Origin: Alphaproteobacteria bacterium | GTDB taxonomy: Bacteria; Pseudomonadota; Alphaproteobacteria; Rs-D84 | Direction: 5' to 3' | DNA: 64,000 nt | Assembly: GCA_033345155.1 (NCBI GenBank) | Contig: JAWPOG010000045.1 | Span: forward strand, 5,795 to 69,794 | Shown here: positions 59,084-64,000 of the stretch, piece after piece | Position numbering within the stretch: the stretch's first letter is position 1 | Layout: each line of letters starts with the position of its first letter | Program-made: the position numbers and the translations under genes | The notes under the pieces: model-generated | Seen by the model: only the letters and a program-made list of their open reading frames with translations | What the model was told of the DNA's origin: nothing | Database searches by the model: none

Positions 59084-61342
59084 ATGTCAGCAAAATTCAA
59101 CTTTTTATCAGCGTCGGGTAAGGGCAAGGGATTAAATATATTCCGGTCGTCTGCGTACAAAGAACACGAGCAAACGCCACTGGCGCGTGAATTTTGGTCG
59201 ATACGCTGGTCGATTATCATATGGATTATTGCTGCGATAATGGTTGCGGCATCTTTTCCGATTGAACACATTTGGCGGTATGGTTGGTCGCCGGCATCGA
59301 AACATTGGTTGATGATATATTTGCAAAATTTGTTTGCGTCGGGTGGGCTGTCTGTGTTGGCGGAATTACCGGCATGGATTGGACGATCTGTGATGCGCCC
59401 CGATATTGAATGCATTACACCACTGTTGCCAATTATTGGGTACTATTTTCTGTCTGATGCAACAATGACAGATGAATTTAACCCCCACAGCAAGGATAAG
59501 TTCGACGAAAAAACCGCACGTGTCGCAACCGCAGATGATATTAAGAAAATGGGCCAGGATTACAAGAACAAAGAAGGTTTGTTCAAGGGTTTTATGATGG
59601 TTCTGGGATTCTTCAAGGGCAAACCATTAATGTTTGATGAATGTCTGTCTACATTATGCGTTGCGCCCCCCGGGACCGGTAAAACCAAGGGTGTTGTGGA
59701 ACCGACAATTTTGGAATGCGATACGGTTTCCATGATTATTAACGACCCAAAACCTGAATTAAAGCAGACAACATCCGGATATCGTTCAACAATTGGCCCC
59801 GTATTTATTCTGAACTGGGCGGGTCAGGACGACCCTGCGCGTGGTGTTTACTATCCGTCATGGAATCCTTTGTCGCCGGGGCATGTGCCTTTTAATACCG
59901 AAGAACGCGACCTGTACGTAGATTCGATTGTGAATACATTAATTCCGGACCGTTCATCGTCTTCGGCGGACCCGCACTGGACAATTACGGGGCGCGCAGC
60001 ACTGACGGGATACATTCAATTCATTATTTCCAAGGTTGAACGTGCCAAGGCTGACGACTATTTCTATGCCCGTATATCAAACGGCACATTTAATGCCGAA
60101 GATGCAGCTGTGTTGTCTGATTATTATTTATCAATGAATTCGGACCCGAACGCCTATGCGGCGCATGCCTTGTTGCAACGGGGGGAACTAAATGCGATGA
60201 ATTATGTTCATGTCGGAACATGGGAACACATTCCTGATGCATGGCGTGGACGCGAGGCATCTTTTTCCATGATTCTGGATTGGCTGAATGCATCACAAAT
60301 TGCCATCGCCGAAGATATCGAAAACCGTCGCCGCCAGGGTGACCAGATGGTCATGATGGCAGACCCTGCCAAAGATATGTTTATGAAAGCTGTGGACGAA
60401 GCGCGCAGATACGCCTATTCTCATCGTGCAATCCAGGAATTAACCCAATTGGCCAGTACCCCCGACAAAGAACGCGGTTCTATTATGTCAACGGCGCAGT
60501 CGGGGCTGAATATATTCCGTAATGCCGCCGTGCGCAATCGTACAAGTCATTCAGACTTTCACTTTTCTGACCTGCGCGGTATGGTCGATCCGCGCGACGG
60601 CAAGATTAAACCAATTACAGTTTATTTGTCTATTAACATGGTTGATGCCCAGGCGTTGAATCCGATAACGGCAATATTCATTGAATTAATGTCGAATTTC
60701 TTGTTGGCGCACAAGCCCGGCGACATGCATCATGGACAAAAGCTTGGGCCGTGTCCAGTCTTGTTTGCGATTGACGAAATGCCAAAAATGCAAAAGCTGC
60801 GTGCGATTATCGAAGGGCCAGATCTTGGGCGTGGACAGAAAATTTCATACCTAATTATCGGCCAGGACCTGCACCAGATTCAGGAAAAATATGGTGCCGA
60901 TGCAGCCGCGACCATTATTTCAACAACAGCCGCGAAAATTGTTATGCGTCAAAATGACCCAGATACCGCAGACCGTTTTTCAAAAATGATGGGGTATAAA
61001 ATGAAAAAGAAAACCGTCAAAGGACCAGACGGCAAAGACAAAGAAGAAACCACCGAGGAATTACTGTTCACGCCAATGGATATCATGAAAATGAATCCCG
61101 AAGAACAATTGGTGATTATCCAGGGACACTATAACCGTCCGATTAAGGCAGACCAAGAACGGTGGTATAAAAACACAACTGCAATCCAGAAAAAAATGTA
61201 TGCCAAGGTTCAAATGGGTGAATGTGCGCCACTGCCTGAATTCTTGGTGCCGGCACATCACAGGGCGTTGGGGTATTCTGGTACGCCACGTATATATGAC
61301 CCCATGACCCAGCAAATCAAAGAATTGGTTTCAGCACAATAA
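59084..61342 (+). CDS. virD4: Type IV secretion coupling protein VirD4/TraG family (T4CP)
   Basis: N-terminal TM pair, Walker A VAPPGTGKTKGVV, Walker B-like LFAIDEMP, TraG/VirD4 all-alpha domain. tataat immediately upstream. Confidence 0.85.
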   Translation: MSAKFNFLSASGKGKGLNIFRSSAYKEHEQTPLAREFWSIRWSIIIWIIAAIMVAASFPIEHIWRYGWSPASKHWLMIYLQNLFASGGLSVLAELPAWIGRSVMRPDIECITPLLPIIGYYFLSDATMTDEFNPHSKDKFDEKTARVATADDIKKMGQDYKNKEGLFKGFMMVLGFFKGKPLMFDECLSTLCVAPPGTGKTKGVVEPTILECDTVSMIINDPKPELKQTTSGYRSTIGPVFILNWAGQDDPARGVYYPSWNPLSPGHVPFNTEERDLYVDSIVNTLIPDRSSSSADPHWTITGRAALTGYIQFIISKVERAKADDYFYARISNGTFNAEDAAVLSDYYLSMNSDPNAYAAHALLQRGELNAMNYVHVGTWEHIPDAWRGREASFSMILDWLNASQIAIAEDIENRRRQGDQMVMMADPAKDMFMKAVDEARRYAYSHRAIQELTQLASTPDKERGSIMSTAQSGLNIFRNAAVRNRTSHSDFHFSDLRGMVDPRDGKIKPITVYLSINMVDAQALNPITAIFIELMSNFLLAHKPGDMHHGQKLGPCPVLFAIDEMPKMQKLRAIIEGPDLGRGQKISYLIIGQDLHQIQEKYGADAAATIISTTAAKIVMRQNDPDTADRFSKMMGYKMKKKTVKGPDGKDKEETTEELLFTPMDIMKMNPEEQLVIIQGHYNRPIKADQERWYKNTTAIQKKMYAKVQMGECAPLPEFLVPAHHRALGYSGTPRIYDPMTQQIKELVSAQ

Positions 61343-61403
61343 TAAAATATAAATACAATTCAAGGTGCGTCAATTTATTAACCCCCGCAATTGCGGGGGA
61401 TTT

Positions 61404-62249
61404 TTATGGACACAAAGCCAATTGTTTTAATACATTCTGCACGTCATTATTCACAGAAACGGTTATCTTGCGCCGCAATCCATCTATGTATGTATAGTTG
61501 AATTTTGTATTCTTAAATTCTGGATATGCCTGGTACATTTGTTGAAATGGCGCCAACATAGCCCGGAACCATTGCCGACTTCGACACAGGCAACCGTTGC
61601 GCACATCTGCCACCACCACAGAAGTAGCTGTATTTGGATACATTGCGTCCAAATCATGGTCAGACATCATCAGACAGCGTGCCCCAAATTCGTAAAAATT
61701 CGCATCGTCAGACAAGAATTTATAAACTAAACCATCGCTGGCCCCTGCCTGCTTCAAAGCGTATGTCATACCGTCTGTACAGCATGCCTGGGCGGAACGC
61801 ATTAACATCTTGTACCGTTCTAATAATGGTGCGGCCTCGGGCATGTTTGCGTTAAAACCCTCGTTGTAATCGGCGGCATACAAAAATTCTGAAACCGACA
61901 CATCATTCAGTCGTGCGCTGCGTGGCGACACTGTTTCCCGAATAATTGGTTTTTTACGCCAAATATCACATTCTGCTGTGGTTTCAAATGGACACCAATA
62001 ATCAGCAATTGTAGTGTCAATCATCATATCGTATGCCCCGGTTGTAGTTCCAGTCATATCGCTGATGACATAATTTTGGTTCATCATATCTTGCTGATAA
62101 AATCCCGCATCGGTTTGTGTCCATTCGGTATCCATCCCAATTTCCATCGAATTGACATCACAGTCCGTACCGACACAATCAGACGCATGTGAATTTTGCA
62201 GCCCGTAAAGACACAACAAAGACGACAAAATAAATATCTTGGCTTTCAT
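61404..62249 (-). CDS. Secreted cysteine-rich hypothetical protein (281 aa)
   Basis: Signal peptide IFILSSLLCLYGLQNSHA and about 13 Cys, including CVGTDC, ACCTDG, GCLCRSRQWF. Confidence 0.5.
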   Translation of the reverse strand: MKAKIFILSSLLCLYGLQNSHASDCVGTDCDVNSMEIGMDTEWTQTDAGFYQQDMMNQNYVISDMTGTTTGAYDMMIDTTIADYWCPFETTAECDIWRKKPIIRETVSPRSARLNDVSVSEFLYAADYNEGFNANMPEAAPLLERYKMLMRSAQACCTDGMTYALKQAGASDGLVYKFLSDDANFYEFGARCLMMSDHDLDAMYPNTATSVVVADVRNGCLCRSRQWFRAMLAPFQQMYQAYPEFKNTKFNYTYIDGLRRKITVSVNNDVQNVLKQLALCP

Positions 62250-62363
62250 ACCTGTTATTATATCACAAAAATATAATGGATTAAAGTGCGTTTTTTATTG
62301 TTCAAAGCATATAAAAACCTTTATAATAATACTGTCTTTATAACTATAACCCAGGGGGAACTG

Positions 62364-63218
62364 ATGAAAAAAATATCAATACTGGCTTTATTGTCTGTGT
62401 TTGCTATACCTGCGTATGCGACTGATTCCAATGTTGCGCCGACCCAACACCAGGAAACGGCACAAACCGAACATGGTTTTTTACATGGGGTTCAGGTTGG
62501 GGTTGGCTTGTCCGCCACATCTGGCTTGAATGGTTTTGTTGGCTATGCTAACAAAGATTTTGATTCTTTTTGGGCCAAACGCTTGGGGTTAAGATTTGAT
62601 TTTGCCACTACCAAGCCGATTAAATCATTGATTAATGACGGCATAGATTCTGTGTTGGGCGATGACGGAATTGATTTAGGCGATTCTTTGACCATTAACA
62701 AGGGCAAAGCTGATGCGCATCACTATGCAGCGATGGTAGATTTTTATCCATTTGGCGACGCATGGTTTTTTGGTGGATGGCGCATAAGCGGTGGTTATTA
62801 TATGGGTGAAATGAATATGGTTGCGGATATCGCGGGTACAGTTGACGGCAGTACAGGCTATTATGAATTTGAACTGAACGGCAATAAATATGCCTATGCG
62901 GGTAATTCTGTCCATGGCACAGCGCAGTTGGATTGGGAATATCGTGGCCCATACCTTGGCACAGGTTTTGATTTGGGCTTGTTTGGTGGGGTTAAGATTT
63001 ATCTTGATGCTGGTGTTGTATTTACGAACAAGGCAGCCCAGTTGTCATTGGATGTTCCAACGGATAATTTGCAACAGTGGGATGGTTCTGCATGGGTTGC
63101 ATTTGATGCTGTGGATTTGGAAACAGTTATATCAGAAACATTATCAGACGCCCAGTCTGAATTGGATGATTTCAAATTTTATCCTGTGGTCAAGATGGGG
63201 TTCATGTATCGTTTTTGA
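62364..63218 (+). CDS. Outer-membrane beta-barrel protein (C-terminal ...MGFMYRF)
   Basis: RBS aggggga, signal peptide ISILALLSVFAIPAYA, terminal Phe. Same architecture as the 52102-53064 protein. Confidence 0.6.
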   Translation: MKKISILALLSVFAIPAYATDSNVAPTQHQETAQTEHGFLHGVQVGVGLSATSGLNGFVGYANKDFDSFWAKRLGLRFDFATTKPIKSLINDGIDSVLGDDGIDLGDSLTINKGKADAHHYAAMVDFYPFGDAWFFGGWRISGGYYMGEMNMVADIAGTVDGSTGYYEFELNGNKYAYAGNSVHGTAQLDWEYRGPYLGTGFDLGLFGGVKIYLDAGVVFTNKAAQLSLDVPTDNLQQWDGSAWVAFDAVDLETVISETLSDAQSELDDFKFYPVVKMGFMYRF

Positions 63219-63262
63219 TTGCAACAACCATAATAAAAGACCCGCAATTGCGGGTCTTTTAT

Positions 63263-64000
63263 TTATCTCATTCCGCCTGGTCCACCACGCATCGGGTTCA
63301 TTTGTTTTTTCGAGCCAGATGTCGTCATCCCAGTGCGTCCGACAATAACCTTGTCCCCCATCTGAATTTCATCTGATATAATTTCAGTTTCGGTTGCGGT
63401 TGTCAGCCCCTTTGAGTAAGGAATCATAATAACATTATCATCACGCAATATCGCCAAATGAGATACTGGTGTTGCGCCATTTGTAATCTCTGGATCCAAA
63501 AAGCTTGCGAAACTGCGCACCAAAAATGCCGAATTTGCGGCACGCCACACATTGCTTTTTTCGGAAATTATAATCGTTACAAACGCAGTCATTCCCGGCA
63601 TCAATCTTAAATTGCTGTTATCTACATCAATTACAACGGTATAAACAACAACATTAGAAGTGGTTGTTGGCGACAAACGAATCTGGCGCACGATGCCATC
63701 AAAAGTTTCTGCAGGATACGCATCAACGGTAAATGTGACAGGTTGTCCTTCTTGGATAACCCCGATATCTGCTTCGGACACAGCGGTTTCGATTTGCATT
63801 TTGGTCAAATCTTCGGCAATTTCGAACAGGTCGGGTGTCTGGAACGAAGCTGCCACAGTCTGTCCTACATCAACTTTGCGCGAAATAACGGTGCCATCAA
63901 CCGGCGACACAATTGTTGCATACCCTAAATTTGTTGTTGCACGGTCATATGTGGACTGTGCGCGTTTGACGGATTGTTCTGCTTGTTCGTATTGTGTTTG
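63263..64000 (-). CDS. Efflux periplasmic adaptor subunit (HlyD/MacA family), 3' two-thirds only
   Basis: The ORF is open through the window end (continues past the first M at 63910: ...QYEQAEQSVKRAQSTYDRATTNLGYATIVSPVDGTVISRKVDVGQTV... beta-barrel/MP motifs). The start lies beyond 64000. Confidence 0.75.
   Translation of the reverse strand, partial: QTQYEQAEQSVKRAQSTYDRATTNLGYATIVSPVDGTVISRKVDVGQTVAASFQTPDLFEIAEDLTKMQIETAVSEADIGVIQEGQPVTFTVDAYPAETFDGIVRQIRLSPTTTSNVVVYTVVIDVDNSNLRLMPGMTAFVTIIISEKSNVWRAANSAFLVRSFASFLDPEITNGATPVSHLAILRDDNVIMIPYSKGLTTATETEIISDEIQMGDKVIVGRTGMTTSGSKKQMNPMRGGPGGMR

Noticed and set aside
1-64000. CRISPR arrays, rRNA genes, IS transposases, integrases
   Set aside because: Scanned for regularly spaced direct repeats and for transposase/integrase-like ORFs. 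None found. All the repeats seen are short palindromes or a heptamer tract.

Overview
This is a gene-dense 64-kb chromosomal window (about 60 protein genes, one tRNA) from a reduced, AT-leaning Gram-negative genome. Several markers point to an alphaproteobacterial intracellular symbiont of the Rickettsiales/Holosporales type: a GapR (DUF2312) homologue, a type-2 (eukaryote-like) IleRS, an orphan VirD4 type-IV coupling protein, cysteine-rich secreted proteins, abundant small palindromic repeats and pared-down operons. Most of the window is housekeeping: metG, queH, fabD-fabG, mnmG, ompH, ileS-nth, lpxD-fabZ, nusA-infB, rlmN, surA-like-lptD-lptFG plus a MacB-type ABC pair, der, comF, a minimal dcw cluster (class-A PBP, mraY-ftsW-murG), a marR-tolC-MFP-RND efflux operon, merR-gyrA, rpmH, pyk, fba, an rRNA/tRNA modification trio and virD4.

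The accessory or unusual content is:
- queH carries an in-frame insertion of a complete DUF559 (Vsr-like) endonuclease domain followed by a ~125-bp palindromic element in the same frame.
- A roughly 2.3-kb low-GC island (7.1-9.5 kb) is bounded by an ATTCCC-N8-GGGAAT palindromic repeat family and sits beside tRNA-Thr. It holds a translationally coupled operon of one C-tail-anchored protein and two tiny polytopic membrane proteins of unknown function, plus a GIY-YIG nuclease gene bracketed exactly by inverted copies of the repeat. This island is the best candidate in the window for a previously undescribed system.
- A low-GC acyl-carrier-protein paralogue with an 8-Cys C-terminal extension sits convergent to fabZ-lpxD.
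- A 731-aa secreted cysteine-rich protein with an (S/V)RAN-repeat disordered N-terminus, and a second Cys-rich secreted protein next to the orphan virD4.
- A family of highly stereotyped bidirectional A5-CCCGC-AATTG-GCGGG-T5 terminators (about 13 copies), including a probable attenuator directly in front of ileS.
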